A stretch of DNA of 64,000 nucleotides from an uncultured Chthoniobacterales bacterium (lineage in GTDB: Bacteria; Verrucomicrobiota; Verrucomicrobiia; Chthoniobacterales; SZAS-18). Below the pieces are notes generated by a model that was not told the origin of the DNA, did no database searches, and saw only the letters and a program-made list of their open reading frames with translations. Position numbers and translations under genes: made by a program. The stretch spans positions 5,890-69,889 of the forward strand of contig CAXSED010000004.1 in assembly GCA_964236475.1 (NCBI GenBank), written 5' to 3'. Positions within the stretch are counted from its first letter, which is position 1. Each line of letters begins with the position of its first letter. Below are positions 18,528 through 29,983 of the stretch, piece by piece.

Positions 18528-19547
18528 TCAGATGGCTGGAACCGCTTTCCGGGTCGGTCTGCCGCCGAACGCACGGATGCCCCCGAAGAGTCCCTGCGGA
18601 CGCAGCAGCATGAGCGCGATGAGCACCAGCGCGTAGATGATCGTGCGGTTGGCGGCGAGTTTGCGCATCCAGTCCGGCAGGAAGGTATAACCTGCCACGA
18701 AGCGCAGGTATTCCGCCAGCACCGTCAGCAAAATCGCCGCGAAGACGACGCCCGCCGTGTTGCCCATCCCACCGAGGATGACGATCACGACGATCTCGAT
18801 GGAGCGCTGGAAATCGAAGCCGCCAGGGTTGATGTAGGTCGTCGTGTGCGCGAACAGTCCACCCGCGATCCCGGCGAAAAACGCGCCCATCACGAAAGCA
18901 ACCACCTTGTACTTCGTGGTGTTGATGCCCATGGCTTCGGCGGCGACCTCGTCGTCGCGCACGGTGAGAAAACCCCGGCCATAGGTGGAGTCGATCAGGC
19001 TCACCACGATATAGATCGTGACTGCCGCCAGCGCGTAGACCCAGAAGAACGTCGTGTAGTCCGGTACGCCGGGGTAGCCCGCCGCGCCGCCCACCGCATC
19101 CGTGTTCTGGATGATGACACGGATGATCTCACCGAAACCCAGCGTGACGATGGCTAGATAATCGCCGCGCAACCGCAGCGACGGCACGCCGACCACCAAA
19201 CCGGCAACCGCTGCCGCCACCCCACCGGCCAGCAGCACGCAAATAAACAGCACAACCAACGCAAAATTCCCGCCACCCAACAGATGCATGATCTCCGCGC
19301 CGTGCTCCTTGGAAAGGTAAGCCGAGACATAGGCCCCAATGGCCATGAATCCCGCGTGTCCGAGCGAAAACTGGCCTGTATATCCGTTGATCAGGTTCAA
19401 GCTGACGGCCAGGATGATATTGATGCCGACGAACTTGATGACCTGCAAGTAATAGCCGTTGATCGACCCGGCGAACTGCGAGACAATCAAGCTGGCAACC
19501 ACCGCCGCCAACAGCCACATTTTCTTGGATCGCAGGTAGCCGTTCAC
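18528..19547 (-). CDS. livM: Branched-chain amino acid ABC permease
   Basis: GYTGQFSLGHAGF and LRLRGDYLAIVTLGFGEII. Confidence 0.95.
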   Translation of the reverse strand: MNGYLRSKKMWLLAAVVASLIVSQFAGSINGYYLQVIKFVGINIILAVSLNLINGYTGQFSLGHAGFMAIGAYVSAYLSKEHGAEIMHLLGGGNFALVVLFICVLLAGGVAAAVAGLVVGVPSLRLRGDYLAIVTLGFGEIIRVIIQNTDAVGGAAGYPGVPDYTTFFWVYALAAVTIYIVVSLIDSTYGRGFLTVRDDEVAAEAMGINTTKYKVVAFVMGAFFAGIAGGLFAHTTTYINPGGFDFQRSIEIVVIVILGGMGNTAGVVFAAILLTVLAEYLRFVAGYTFLPDWMRKLAANRTIIYALVLIALMLLRPQGLFGGIRAFGGRPTRKAVPAI

Positions 19548-19557
19548 AGCGGATCGG

Positions 19558-20472
19558 TTAGACTTTTTCCACCTGCGACTTGCCGAGCAGGCCAGCGGGC
19601 TTGAACAGGAGAATGATGATCAGCACGGCAAAGGCGATGGCATCGCGGTACGACGAAAATTTCGATCCGGCGACGAACGTTTCCACGATGCCGATGACCA
19701 ACCCTCCGATGGCCGCGCCGGGGATGTTGCCGATTCCGCCGAGCACCGCCGCGACGAACGCTTTAATGCCGGGCAGAATGCCCATCAATGGGTCAATCGA
19801 CGGGTTCGAGATGGACCACAAAATACCCGCCGCACCCGCCAGCGCGGAACCCAACCCGAAGGTGAACGAAATGACCGTGTCGAGGTTCACGCCCATCAGT
19901 GCGGCGGCGGTCGGATTATTGGAAAGCGCCCGCATGGCCAGGCCTAGTTTTGTTCGCTTGACGATGAACGACAGTGCCACGAGCAGGCCCACGGTTACGC
20001 TGATGGCGATCACTTGGCTGCACGTGATGGTCAGCGCGCCGGTGCCTTCGAGGGCGCTGTCGGTGATAAGATCAGGAAAGGATTTCGGGTCGGGGCCGAA
20101 GACGAACTGCCCGCCGTATTCCAGCAGCAGCGACACCCCGATGGCGGTGATGAGCACCGTCAGTTTCGGGCGGCTGCGCAACGGACGGTAGGCGAGCTTT
20201 TCGATCACGATGCCCAGCGTGGCGCACGCCGCCATCGTCACGAGCATCACGAGGCAAACCCCGAGCGGCGCGGCGTTGCCCGGAAAGTGCGGCATGATCT
20301 TCGGCGTCAGCCAATAACCCGCAAACGCGCCCATCATGAACACATCGCCGTGCGCAAAGTTAATGAAGCGCAGCACCCCGTAGACCATCGTGTAGCCCAA
20401 CGCGATGAGCGCGTAGAACGCCCCGAGCGACAAGCCGTTGATGAGCTGTTGGAGAAATTCAATGCCGCTCAT
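19558..20472 (-). CDS. livH: Branched-chain amino acid ABC permease
   Basis: YALIALGYTMVYGVLRFINFAHGD and KAFVAAVLGGIG. Confidence 0.95.
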   Translation of the reverse strand: MSGIEFLQQLINGLSLGAFYALIALGYTMVYGVLRFINFAHGDVFMMGAFAGYWLTPKIMPHFPGNAAPLGVCLVMLVTMAACATLGIVIEKLAYRPLRSRPKLTVLITAIGVSLLLEYGGQFVFGPDPKSFPDLITDSALEGTGALTITCSQVIAISVTVGLLVALSFIVKRTKLGLAMRALSNNPTAAALMGVNLDTVISFTFGLGSALAGAAGILWSISNPSIDPLMGILPGIKAFVAAVLGGIGNIPGAAIGGLVIGIVETFVAGSKFSSYRDAIAFAVLIIILLFKPAGLLGKSQVEKV

Positions 20473-20513
20473 GAGTTCGATAGCGTCCCTCTTAAAACCC
20501 CTGCCCTGCCGGA

Positions 20514-21659
20514 TCAGGGTGCCACCGACGCGACGAACTTGTTCTCCTTGCCTTCCACCTCGAGCACCACCGCCGATTTCGTGGCGTTACGCTTGTCGTC
20601 AATGCTGATCTTGCCGGTGACAGCCTCGTAATCCTTCACTCCGGTGAGAGCGGCACGCACCTTGTCGCCATCAGTAGTGCCGGCCTTTTTGATGGCATCG
20701 GCCAGGATCATCATGGCGTCGTAGCCCAGCGGGGCCATGCCATCGGGTGCCGCTTTGAACTTCGCCGTGTATTTCTTGACGAAATCCTGCACCTTCGGGT
20801 TCTGGTCGGCGGGCGAAAAGTGGGTGGAAAAATAGCAGCCATCGAGCGCGCTGCCCGCGATCTCCGCCAACTTCGGGCTGTCCCAGCCGTCGCCGCCGAG
20901 CAACGGAACCTTCAGTCCCAAAATGCGCGCCTGCTTACCGATCAGGCCTGCTTCCGTGTAATAGCCGGGGACGAAGATCGCGTCCGGCTGCGTGGACTTG
21001 ATGGCGGTGAGCTGCGCGCGAAAATCCTTGTCCTTCCCGCTGCCGCTGTAGGAGCGTTCGATCACGATCTGGCCGCCGTGGCTCTTGTAGTATTCGGTGA
21101 AATATTGCGACAGCCCCTTTGAATAGTCACTGGTCACGTCCGAGAGGATCGCGACCTTCTTCGCGTGCAGTGTGTCGAGGGCAAACTTGGCCATCACCGT
21201 CCCCTGGAACGGATCAATGAAACAGACACGGAAAATGTAGTCGCCCTTTTCGGTGACGGTCGGGTTCGTGGACCCGGGCGAAACCATTGGGATCTTGGCT
21301 TCCTGGCAAATGGGCGCGGCTTCCAGCGAGCGGGAGCTGGCGATCTCACCGATCACGGCAACCACCTTGTCGTTGGCGATGAGCTTCTTCACGGCGGACG
21401 ACGGCTGGCCGGGTTTCGATTGGTCGTCCTCGACGATGAGCTTGATCTTGCGCCCGAGCACACCGCCCGCGTTGTTGATTTCCTCGGCGGCGAGCTGCAC
21501 GCCGTTGTCCGAGTTGATGCCGAACGTCGCTTCGCTGCCGGTCAACGAGGCGTACTCGCCCACCGGGATATCTTGCGCCCGCACGGGCGCCGACGGCACG
21601 CTGAGAATCGCCGCCGCACTGGCTAGAAGAGAGAGGAGGAACGGTTTGGGCATGGACAT
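20514..21659 (-). CDS. livK: Branched-chain amino acid ABC substrate-binding protein (LivJ/LivK family)
   Basis: Signal peptide, INNAGGVLGRKIKLIVEDD, YIFRVCFIDPFQG. Confidence 0.9.
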   Translation of the reverse strand: MSMPKPFLLSLLASAAAILSVPSAPVRAQDIPVGEYASLTGSEATFGINSDNGVQLAAEEINNAGGVLGRKIKLIVEDDQSKPGQPSSAVKKLIANDKVVAVIGEIASSRSLEAAPICQEAKIPMVSPGSTNPTVTEKGDYIFRVCFIDPFQGTVMAKFALDTLHAKKVAILSDVTSDYSKGLSQYFTEYYKSHGGQIVIERSYSGSGKDKDFRAQLTAIKSTQPDAIFVPGYYTEAGLIGKQARILGLKVPLLGGDGWDSPKLAEIAGSALDGCYFSTHFSPADQNPKVQDFVKKYTAKFKAAPDGMAPLGYDAMMILADAIKKAGTTDGDKVRAALTGVKDYEAVTGKISIDDKRNATKSAVVLEVEGKENKFVASVAP

Positions 21660-21804
21660 GCGGCTGTTTTAATGGCTTCCGCCGCCGATTGCAACCGCAG
21701 AGACGCAAGCATTTCGGCGCTCGGTCCGCGTCCTGGTCCTCGCGGGCGCGAAATGCTGCCGCTTGCTCCTTGAAGCGCGGCCCGCGAGCGGGCATCTTGA
21801 GCGC

Positions 21805-23823
21805 ATGGCTCGCACCTTCAAGCTCAACCGCACGGTCACCCCGACACCGTCCGGTCGGCGCATCGACTACCCCGGCGAACTCAACGCCCAGCAGTGCGAG
21901 GCCGTCACCGCCGGTCCTGGGCCGATGCTCGTCATCGCGGGGGCGGGCAGCGGCAAGACGCGCACCCTCACCTACCGCGTGGCCTACCTGTTGGAAAACG
22001 GCGTCGCGCCGTCCAACATCCTTCTTTTGACTTTCACCAACAAGGCTTCCCGCGAGATGCTCGACCGCGTTTCGTCGCTGTTGCCCGACAGCACGGAAGG
22101 ACTCTGGGGCGGGACGTTCCATTCCATCGGCAACAAGATTTTGCGACGCCACGCCGAGACGCTGGGCTGGCGGCGCGGGTTTTCCATCATGGACCGCGAG
22201 GACCAGGAAGACCTCATGAAGACGGTCATTGCCGCCGCCGGGATCGACCCCAAGGAAAAACGTTTCCCCAAAGCGGAAGTTGTGACGGACATCTTCAGCA
22301 TGGCGGTCAACACCAACCGGGGCATCGGGCATATCGTTGACACCAAATACCCGTATTTTCTCGATCAGGTCGAACAGCTCAAAGCCGTCCACGACAGCTA
22401 CGAACGAAAGAAAAAATCCACGAACACGATGGATTTCGACGACCTGCTCACCAAGTCGCTCAAGCTGCTGACCGAGCACGAGGAAATCGCCAACATCTAC
22501 CAACGGCAGTTCGAGTTCGTGCTCGTCGATGAATACCAGGACACGAACCATATCCAAGCCGAGTTCGTGGACGTGCTCGCCGCGCAGCATCAGAACATCA
22601 TGGTCGTCGGCGACGACGCGCAGTCGATCTACTCGTGGCGCGGGGCGGATTTCCGCAACATCCTGCAATTCACGAAACGCTACCCGGCGGCGCGCACCTA
22701 CAAGATCGAAACGAATTACCGCAGCGTGCCCGAAATTCTCCAGGTGGCCAACGCCGCCATTGAGGCCAACGTGGACCAGTTCCCCAAGGAACTGACGGCG
22801 CACCGCGAGACCCGCCAGGTCAAGCCCGCGCTGCTCGAACTTAACGACAGCAACATGCAGGCGCAGTTCGTCACCCAGCGCATCCTCGAACTGCGCGACG
22901 AGGGCGTCGAACTCAACGAAATCGCGGTCCTCTACCGGGCACACTTTCACGCGCTGGAACTCCAGATCGAACTGACCCGTCACGGTGTTCCCTTCCAGAT
23001 CACGAGCGGCCTGCGGTTTTTCGAGCAGGCGCACATCAAGGACGTGGCGTCGTTCCTTAAGTTCGCCGCGAACCATCACGACGAAATCGCCTTCAAGCGC
23101 ATCGTCCGTCTCTTGCCCGGCGTCGGCGGGGCGGCGGCGGACAAGCTGTGGACGCATTTCGAGAAAAACTTGGCCGAGAGCGAGGCCGTCGACTCCTTCG
23201 CCGACGCGTTCCTCGGAGCCAAGGTCGGCGCGAAAAGCGAGAAGATGTGGAAACAGTTCGTTCACACGCTCGAAGAAATCGCGCCCGGCGGGAAACTAAT
23301 CGCGCCGTCCAGTGCCATCGAGAGCGTGGTCGAGGCGGTCTACGACGACTACGCCAAGACAAAATTCCCCAACTACGAGGTGCGTCGGGAAGAACTGAAC
23401 GTTCTGGCAAATTACGCCCGCCAATACGCCGATCCCGCCGAATTCCTCTCGCAACTGGCCCTCGTGTCCTCCTTGGAAACGGAGGCAGCCCTCAACACCG
23501 GCGAGGAAGAACGCGATACCGAGCGCGTCACGCTTTCGAGCATCCACCAAGCCAAAGGTCTGGAATGGAAGGTGGTCTTCGTGATCCACCTGACGGAAGG
23601 TTCCTTTCCGAGCAACCGTTCTCTGGAATCCCCGGCAGCTATCGAAGAAGAACGGCGTTTATTCTACGTGGCGGTCACCCGCGCCTGCGACGAGCTTTAC
23701 CTGACCTATCCCTACATGAAGCTCAACGCCGGCTACGGCGATATGTTCCAGCGGCCCTCACGTTTCCTGAGCGAAGTGCCCATTGAACTGATGGAGAAAT
23801 GGGAGATCGAAAGAGGGTTCTGA
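21805..23823 (+). CDS. uvrD: UvrD/PcrA-family ATP-dependent DNA helicase
   Basis: AGAGSGKT, VDEYQDTN, NYRS, SIHQAKGLEW and EEERRLFYVAVTRA; start at MARTF inferred. Confidence 0.93.
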   Translation: MARTFKLNRTVTPTPSGRRIDYPGELNAQQCEAVTAGPGPMLVIAGAGSGKTRTLTYRVAYLLENGVAPSNILLLTFTNKASREMLDRVSSLLPDSTEGLWGGTFHSIGNKILRRHAETLGWRRGFSIMDREDQEDLMKTVIAAAGIDPKEKRFPKAEVVTDIFSMAVNTNRGIGHIVDTKYPYFLDQVEQLKAVHDSYERKKKSTNTMDFDDLLTKSLKLLTEHEEIANIYQRQFEFVLVDEYQDTNHIQAEFVDVLAAQHQNIMVVGDDAQSIYSWRGADFRNILQFTKRYPAARTYKIETNYRSVPEILQVANAAIEANVDQFPKELTAHRETRQVKPALLELNDSNMQAQFVTQRILELRDEGVELNEIAVLYRAHFHALELQIELTRHGVPFQITSGLRFFEQAHIKDVASFLKFAANHHDEIAFKRIVRLLPGVGGAAADKLWTHFEKNLAESEAVDSFADAFLGAKVGAKSEKMWKQFVHTLEEIAPGGKLIAPSSAIESVVEAVYDDYAKTKFPNYEVRREELNVLANYARQYADPAEFLSQLALVSSLETEAALNTGEEERDTERVTLSSIHQAKGLEWKVVFVIHLTEGSFPSNRSLESPAAIEEERRLFYVAVTRACDELYLTYPYMKLNAGYGDMFQRPSRFLSEVPIELMEKWEIERGF

Positions 23824-23837
23824 GACGCGGCCTTTCG

Positions 23838-25025
23838 ATGTTCGGGGCAACCCCACCTTCGCCGCCGTCCGTCCGTCCGGCGATATTCGCAGTGTTGCGC
23901 CCGGGAGTCCTGCTCAAAATCTTCGTGACCAGCTTCCTGTGCGCCTGCCTGCTCCAAGGCAGTCGCTGGGCGTTTCTGGGGTCGCAGGATGACCTCAATT
24001 GGTCCAACGAAGCACGCTTTGTGCAGGACGACGACGCGCGGCAATTCGAGTTAAGCAACATGTACGGTTACCCGGGCCGCCCCGTGATCGACGGCACCCG
24101 GCTTCTGCATACCCTTCTCGGGATTTCCTATCCCACGGCACTCGTCGCATGGATGACGCTCGCCGACGCTTTTCTCATCGCTTGCGTCACGACGCTCATT
24201 TATGCGCTCCGCCGGAACCTCCTTTGGGCGGTGGCCGCCGGTGGCCTGCTCGCCGTCAACCCGCTTTACGTTCACGCTTCCGCGCCGTCGGCGGTCGCCA
24301 CGCTGCTGATCGTCCTGCTTTGCCTCCTGACGCTTGCCATCGACGAGGCTCCCACCCCGGCGTCCCCCGTTCTGTACGCAGCCTGGTCGCTGGTCCTTGG
24401 CGTCACCGTTGCCGTCCGCGCCGACATCGGTGCGTTCAGCGGCGCGTTTTTTGCGCTCGTCCTCCTTGCAGCGTCGAACTGGAAAACCGTGCTGGCGGCG
24501 TTAGGCGGGGCCATCGTCGTTTTCGTGCTTTTCGATCCGTACATGTATTGGATGCCGGTCAGGCATGTGCGTGACCTCGTCGGCAAAGTCGTTTTTCATT
24601 ACGCGGAAATCACCCCGGCGCGCCTCACGGCTGGTCAGGTTTGGGGCGTTTCGTCTCTGCTGATTTTCAGCCTGGGCCTCGGCTGGGTATCGGCGGTCAT
24701 GCGCCGGGGAAACGAGCGCACCGTTTCCACGCGATTCCTGGGTTTCCTTGCTGCCTTCACCGCCTGCTCGTACGCCGTCTTTCTCAGCGCCCGCTACCAG
24801 ACGGAGCGTTATTATCTGCCGATTGTGTTCATCTGGCAGACTTTTCTGCCACTTTTCCTGTTGACGCTTGCGCCCGCCATCCCGTTCAGCTTTCTGACGA
24901 CGCCCGCGGAAAAAGCACGCGCCCGGCAGCTTTATCGCCGGAACATTCCGGTTGTGCTGATCGGGATCAACCTCGCCTATTTTGCATGGACCCTGGCCGC
25001 CGAGTGCCTCTTTCCGGTCCGGTGA
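23838..25025 (+). CDS. Polytopic membrane protein, possibly a GT-C-fold glycosyltransferase
   Basis: About 10 hydrophobic segments, first loop with acidic residues and YGYPG; function is inference. Confidence 0.55.
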   Translation: MFGATPPSPPSVRPAIFAVLRPGVLLKIFVTSFLCACLLQGSRWAFLGSQDDLNWSNEARFVQDDDARQFELSNMYGYPGRPVIDGTRLLHTLLGISYPTALVAWMTLADAFLIACVTTLIYALRRNLLWAVAAGGLLAVNPLYVHASAPSAVATLLIVLLCLLTLAIDEAPTPASPVLYAAWSLVLGVTVAVRADIGAFSGAFFALVLLAASNWKTVLAALGGAIVVFVLFDPYMYWMPVRHVRDLVGKVVFHYAEITPARLTAGQVWGVSSLLIFSLGLGWVSAVMRRGNERTVSTRFLGFLAAFTACSYAVFLSARYQTERYYLPIVFIWQTFLPLFLLTLAPAIPFSFLTTPAEKARARQLYRRNIPVVLIGINLAYFAWTLAAECLFPVR

Positions 25026-25037
25026 GTAGGAGAACTC

Positions 25038-26120
25038 TCACCCCACCGCGCTCGGCATGGTCGGGTAGCTGCCCAGCACCTTCAGGAAGCTGCATCGGTC
25101 TTCCAACGCCTTCATCGCGCCGACCAGAGTCTCCTCTTGACGGTGGCCTTCGACATCGACGAAAAACACGTATTCCCACGGCTTGCGTTTCGATGGGCGG
25201 CTCTCGATCTTGCTCATGCTGATGCCCGCCCCTTGCAGTGGTTCCAGCGCGGCGAACAGCGCGCCCGCCCGGTCCGGCACGCCGAACATCAGCGAGGTAC
25301 GGTCGTGCCCGGTCGGCGGACAGTCGCGCGGACCGATCACGAGAAAACGCGTCGTGTTGTTCGGCAAATCCTGAATTCCGGCGTCCAGAATCTCCAACCC
25401 GTAACGCTCGCCGACCATGCGCCCGGCCAACGCTCCGGCGTCGTCCGCCTGTGCGGCCATCTCACCCGCGCGTGACGTGCTTGCCACCTCGATCAGATCG
25501 ACCGTCGGCAGGTTGATGCGCAGCCACTGGCGGCATTGTCCGAACACTTGCGGATGGCTGAAAACCCGCCGCACCGCCTCACGCGGAATCCGGGCCAGCA
25601 GATGATGCTCGATCTTGAGCGCCACCTGCGCACAGATGCGCAGGTCGCTCTCGATAAATTCGTCCAACGTATGGTTCACCGCGCCCTCCGTGGAATTTTC
25701 GATGGGCACCACCCCGTAGTCCGCCCGGCCCCGCGCCACGGCGTCGAACACGTCGCTGATACTCCCCTGCGAGAGATAACGCACGCTCGCGCCGAACTTT
25801 CCCCGCGCCGCCTGGTGGGTCCAGGTCGCCTCCGGGCCAAAGTACGCGATGGCCAGATCCTTTTCCAACGCCAGAGAGGCGGACATGATCTCCCGGTAAA
25901 TCGCCCGCAGACTTTCCGGCGGCAGCCTGCCCCCCTGGGCCGCACTCTTGGCGACCAGCGCACTCAGGACGTGCTCCTCACGCTCCGGCGCGTAGATCTC
26001 CTGACCCGTCGAACGCTTGACCTCGCCCACGTCGCGCACGAGGTCCGCCCGCTCGTTCAGGAGACGGATCAGTTCGTTATCGAGACCGTCGATTTTGCTG
26101 CGCAAGTCGGAGAGTTCCAT
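25038..26120 (-). CDS. pheA: Chorismate mutase/prephenate dehydratase
   Basis: LRSKIDGLDNELIRLLNER (CM), VPIENSTEG, NTTRFLVIG, SKIESRPS (ACT). Confidence 0.96.
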   Translation of the reverse strand: MELSDLRSKIDGLDNELIRLLNERADLVRDVGEVKRSTGQEIYAPEREEHVLSALVAKSAAQGGRLPPESLRAIYREIMSASLALEKDLAIAYFGPEATWTHQAARGKFGASVRYLSQGSISDVFDAVARGRADYGVVPIENSTEGAVNHTLDEFIESDLRICAQVALKIEHHLLARIPREAVRRVFSHPQVFGQCRQWLRINLPTVDLIEVASTSRAGEMAAQADDAGALAGRMVGERYGLEILDAGIQDLPNNTTRFLVIGPRDCPPTGHDRTSLMFGVPDRAGALFAALEPLQGAGISMSKIESRPSKRKPWEYVFFVDVEGHRQEETLVGAMKALEDRCSFLKVLGSYPTMPSAVG

Positions 26121-26191
26121 CGGTCGAAGGCAGGAAGCTGGGTTAGAGTAACACGCGGCTCTCAGGCAATGCGAGCCTGGAAGCATGGACT

Positions 26192-26821
26192 TCACGTCAC
26201 GGGCGGCGCAACCGGCGGTTCCACCCCGTCGGCAGCGCGCGCGGGTTCCTCCTTGGCAAGCAGCGTCAGACGCAATTCCTCGAAGGCAGGCAGTTCCTTC
26301 ACGTCCTTCAGCCCGAAGTGTTCGAGAAAAAGCGGCGTGGTGGCATAGAGCAGCGGACGCCCGGGCAGTTCGGCCCGGCCCGCGATGCGCACGAGTCCCC
26401 GGTCGAGCAGCGTTTGCACGACGCCCCCGGCGTCCACCCCGCGCACCGCTTCCACCTCCGAGCGCGGCAGCGGCTGGCGGTAGGCGATGATAGCGAGGGT
26501 TTCCAGCGCGGGCGCGCTCAGCCGGGCAGGCCGGTTTTCTGGGAAAAGCTGACGCACCCAGGGCGCACTCGCCGCCGTGGTGATGAGCTGCCAGCCGGCG
26601 GCGGTCTCGGTCAGTTCAAAACTGCGGTCCCCCTGCCGGTATCCGGCGGCCAGCGCTCCCAGAGAATTCAGAATATCTTGCTCCCCGCATCGCGCCAGGG
26701 TCGCGGCGAGCGGCTCCTCGGTCGACTCTGCCGCCGATTTGAGCGCGGCGCGCATCTCCCCGACCGTCAACGGCTTGGGAGAGGCAAAGATCAGGGCTTC
26801 GAGCACCTGCGGCAACGTCAT
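26192..26821 (-). CDS. scpB: SMC-Scp complex subunit ScpB
   Basis: LEALIFAS, LSAPALETLAIIAYRQP, PGRPLLYATT. Confidence 0.95.
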   Translation of the reverse strand: MTLPQVLEALIFASPKPLTVGEMRAALKSAAESTEEPLAATLARCGEQDILNSLGALAAGYRQGDRSFELTETAAGWQLITTAASAPWVRQLFPENRPARLSAPALETLAIIAYRQPLPRSEVEAVRGVDAGGVVQTLLDRGLVRIAGRAELPGRPLLYATTPLFLEHFGLKDVKELPAFEELRLTLLAKEEPARAADGVEPPVAPPVT

Positions 26822-26900
26822 CGGGTCGGCGGGGGAAAACTGCTTCGCGTAAAAGAGAGGCCCACCATAAAACAGGGTTGCGCGCCTGCAAGCGATGGAT

Positions 26901-27719
26901 TTACGTCGCTGCCGCGTCCGTCGAAGGCACGGCAGCCTCCTGCTGGAAGATCGTGACTTCCTCGAACGCCGCCGACTGCTCCACGCGCAACTGCTTGAGC
27001 CGCACCAGTTCCAGCAAGGCCAGAAACGTCACCACCATTTCCACCCGCGACGTGGTTCGCACGAACATCTCCGTAAACGTCAGCCCCTGCCCGCGCGACT
27101 GCGCCATCAGCCCGCGCAATGTCTCGATTTTGTCGGCCACCGTAAAGTTTTCCTCGAAGATAACCGTGCGCGTGTCGGCGGTCTTCGTTTCAAAACGCCG
27201 CAAGGTCTTTTGGAAAGCCTTCAACAAATCGAACACCCCGATGTCCCCCAACGCCAGCGCGCCGGAAAGCATTTCCTCGTCGCGGTCGATCTCCGGCGGC
27301 AAACCCGGCGGACGCGTAAAACGATCCAGCCGCGAGGTTTCCACGTTCTGAAGATGCCCCGCCACGTCCTTGAACTTCTTGTACTCGACCAACTGGCGGA
27401 TTAATTCCCAGCGCGGGTCGATCTCCTCCTCATCCTCCGTCCCCGGTGGTTGCTGGTCGGGCGGGAGCAGGCGGCGGCTTTTCAGATAAATCAGATGCGC
27501 GGCCATGGCGATGAAATCCCCCGCCCGGTCCAGGTCCGGCTGGGGCACCGCCGCGAGATAATCCAGGTATTGCTGGATGAGTCGTTCGAGCGACAAATCA
27601 TAAAGCTCAACCTCCTCCTTGCGCACCAGATAGAGCAGCAAATCGAGCGGCCCCTCGAAAACGTCGAGCCTGACCTGATAATCCGCCGTTTCCGTTTTGC
27701 TGAGTGTCGCCAAATCCAT
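26901..27719 (-). CDS. scpA: Segregation/condensation protein ScpA
   Basis: [12 protein letters not shown] and VTFLALLEL; start at MDLAT inferred. Confidence 0.95.
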   Translation of the reverse strand: MDLATLSKTETADYQVRLDVFEGPLDLLLYLVRKEEVELYDLSLERLIQQYLDYLAAVPQPDLDRAGDFIAMAAHLIYLKSRRLLPPDQQPPGTEDEEEIDPRWELIRQLVEYKKFKDVAGHLQNVETSRLDRFTRPPGLPPEIDRDEEMLSGALALGDIGVFDLLKAFQKTLRRFETKTADTRTVIFEENFTVADKIETLRGLMAQSRGQGLTFTEMFVRTTSRVEMVVTFLALLELVRLKQLRVEQSAAFEEVTIFQQEAAVPSTDAAAT

Positions 27720-27826
27720 CTTTCGGCCCCATCTTAGAGAAAGTGCCCAGCCGGTCGAGAAATCTTCCACTCCCGGCGCTTTCGTCCGGCGTCGCCGCCA
27801 CCGAGTGTCGATATTTATACTACCAG

Positions 27827-29983
27827 ATGGACCCGTCTCCTTCCCTCACGCCCCCGGCGAACCGCTTGATCCACGAAAAATCGCCCTACCTGCTCCAGCA
27901 CGCGTACAACCCCGTCGATTGGTATCCCTGGGGCGAGGAAGCCTTCGCCAAGGCGCGCTCGGAAAACAGACCGATCTTCCTGTCCATTGGTTATTCGACC
28001 TGCCACTGGTGCCACGTCATGGCGCACGAGTCTTTCGAAAACCCGGCGACCGCCGCCGTGATGAACGACCTCTTCATCAACATCAAGCTCGACCGCGAGG
28101 AACGACCCGACGTGGACCGCGTCTACATGACCTTCGTGCAGGCCACCACCGGCAGCGGCGGCTGGCCCATGAGCGTCTGGTTGCAACCCGATCTGACGCC
28201 GGTCGTCGGCGGCACCTATTTCCCGCCCGATGACCGCTACGGCAGGCGCGGCTTCGTGTCGGTCTGCCGATCCGTCGCCCACGCCTGGCACGACGAACGC
28301 GACAAGGTCAAAGCCCAAGGCGAACGCCTCCTGGCCGCCCTGCGCGACCACGTCCGCCCTCAACCCGCTCCCCCCGCCACCGGCGCAACCCGGCCCATCC
28401 GGGAAATTCTGCGCGCCGCCCTCCAGCCGCTGGCCGCCACATTCGATCCCGACCAGGGCGGTTTCGGTTCGGAGCCGAAATTTCCCCGCCCGGTCACGCT
28501 CGCGCTCCTGGCCCGCGCCCGCGCCCGCCTCACCCCCGACGACCCCGACGGCCAAAACGCCGAAACCATGCTCCTCGCCACGCTCGACCACATGGCGGCT
28601 GGCGGCATCCACGATCATCTCGGCGGCGGCTTCCACCGCTATTCCGTGGACCGTTTCTGGCACGTGCCGCATTTCGAGAAAATGCTTTACGATCAGGCTC
28701 AACTGGCGGTCGCCTACCTCGAAGCCTACCAACTCAGCGGCGCGTCTGAATATGCGGACACCGCGCGGGACATCCTTGCCTACGTGCAGCGAGACCTCAC
28801 TTCACCCGAAGGCGGCTTCTTCTGCGCCGAAGACGCGGACAGCCTCCTCGCGGCGGACCGGCCTGAGCATGCGGAAGGCGCGTTCTACGTCTGGACCAGG
28901 TCGGAAATCGAATCCGTCCTCACCGGGGAAGAAGCGAAAACTTTCTGCGAACATTACGGCGTGCAACCCGGAGGCAACACACCTCCCGGCAGCGATCCGC
29001 AGGGAGAATTTACCGGCAAGAACATCCTCTACATCCACCCCGCGCCGTCCACGCCGAACGCCACGACAGACCTGCTCGCCAGCGCGTGCTCCAAACTACT
29101 CGCTGTCCGCAACCGCCGTCCCCGCCCCCATCTCGACGACAAGATCATCACCGCCTGGAACGGTCTCATGATTTCCGCGTTCGCCCGCGCCGCCCAGGTG
29201 CTCGGCGACGACGCCTCCCTGGCGACGGCCCGACGCGCGGCGGACTTTATCCGGCAAAATCTCTACCGGGAAAAAGAAGGTGTTCTTCTGCGCTCGTACC
29301 GCCAGGGAGCCGCGCCGGTTGAAGGTTTCGCGGACGACTACGCTTTTTTGATCCAGGGTTTGTTGGACCTCTACGAAGCCGGTTTCGATGTGGCGCACCT
29401 TATCTGGGCCGAACGACTCCAGGCCAAACAGGACGATCTTTTCCTCGACCGGGAGGCGGGCGGCTACTTCTCGTCCGGCGCGCACGATCCCAACGTCCTC
29501 CTGCGTATGAAGGAAGACCACGACGGCGCGGAACCCAGTGCGAGCAGCATTTCGGCGCTCAACCTCGCCCGCTTGGCGACGATGACGGGCCACGCCGAAC
29601 TCCGTGCGCAGGCCGCCGCCACCGTCGCGGCGTTTGGCGCGACCGCACAACCCGAGCGTCTCGCCCAATCCATGCCGTTGATGCTCACCGCGCTCGATAC
29701 CTTGTCCGAGGAGCCTAAACAGATCGTCATCGCCGGTCACCCGGGCCAGCCCGACACGCAGGCCCTGCTGCGCACCGTCCACGCGCGCTTTCTGCCCACC
29801 GAGGTGCTCCTGCTGGCGGACGGCGGCGACGGTCAGCGCGAGCTTGCCCGGCGGCTGCCTTTCCTGCAAGGGATGACCATGACCGGCGGACACGCCACCG
29901 CCTACGTCTGCCAGGACGGCGCCTGCCAACTCCCGACGACCGATCCCGCCGTGCTGGCCAAGCTGCTGCGTGCCACCCGCTAA
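27827..29983 (+). CDS. Thioredoxin-domain protein YyaL (SPATA20/DUF255 family)
   Basis: [44 protein letters not shown]. Confidence 0.93.
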   Translation: MDPSPSLTPPANRLIHEKSPYLLQHAYNPVDWYPWGEEAFAKARSENRPIFLSIGYSTCHWCHVMAHESFENPATAAVMNDLFINIKLDREERPDVDRVYMTFVQATTGSGGWPMSVWLQPDLTPVVGGTYFPPDDRYGRRGFVSVCRSVAHAWHDERDKVKAQGERLLAALRDHVRPQPAPPATGATRPIREILRAALQPLAATFDPDQGGFGSEPKFPRPVTLALLARARARLTPDDPDGQNAETMLLATLDHMAAGGIHDHLGGGFHRYSVDRFWHVPHFEKMLYDQAQLAVAYLEAYQLSGASEYADTARDILAYVQRDLTSPEGGFFCAEDADSLLAADRPEHAEGAFYVWTRSEIESVLTGEEAKTFCEHYGVQPGGNTPPGSDPQGEFTGKNILYIHPAPSTPNATTDLLASACSKLLAVRNRRPRPHLDDKIITAWNGLMISAFARAAQVLGDDASLATARRAADFIRQNLYREKEGVLLRSYRQGAAPVEGFADDYAFLIQGLLDLYEAGFDVAHLIWAERLQAKQDDLFLDREAGGYFSSGAHDPNVLLRMKEDHDGAEPSASSISALNLARLATMTGHAELRAQAAATVAAFGATAQPERLAQSMPLMLTALDTLSEEPKQIVIAGHPGQPDTQALLRTVHARFLPTEVLLLADGGDGQRELARRLPFLQGMTMTGGHATAYVCQDGACQLPTTDPAVLAKLLRATR

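Noticed and set aside
21346-23265. 639-aa minus-strand ORF, and similar long antisense frames over YyaL, DUF6600, PPIase and PPase
   Set aside because: Shadows of well-supported genes on the opposite strand
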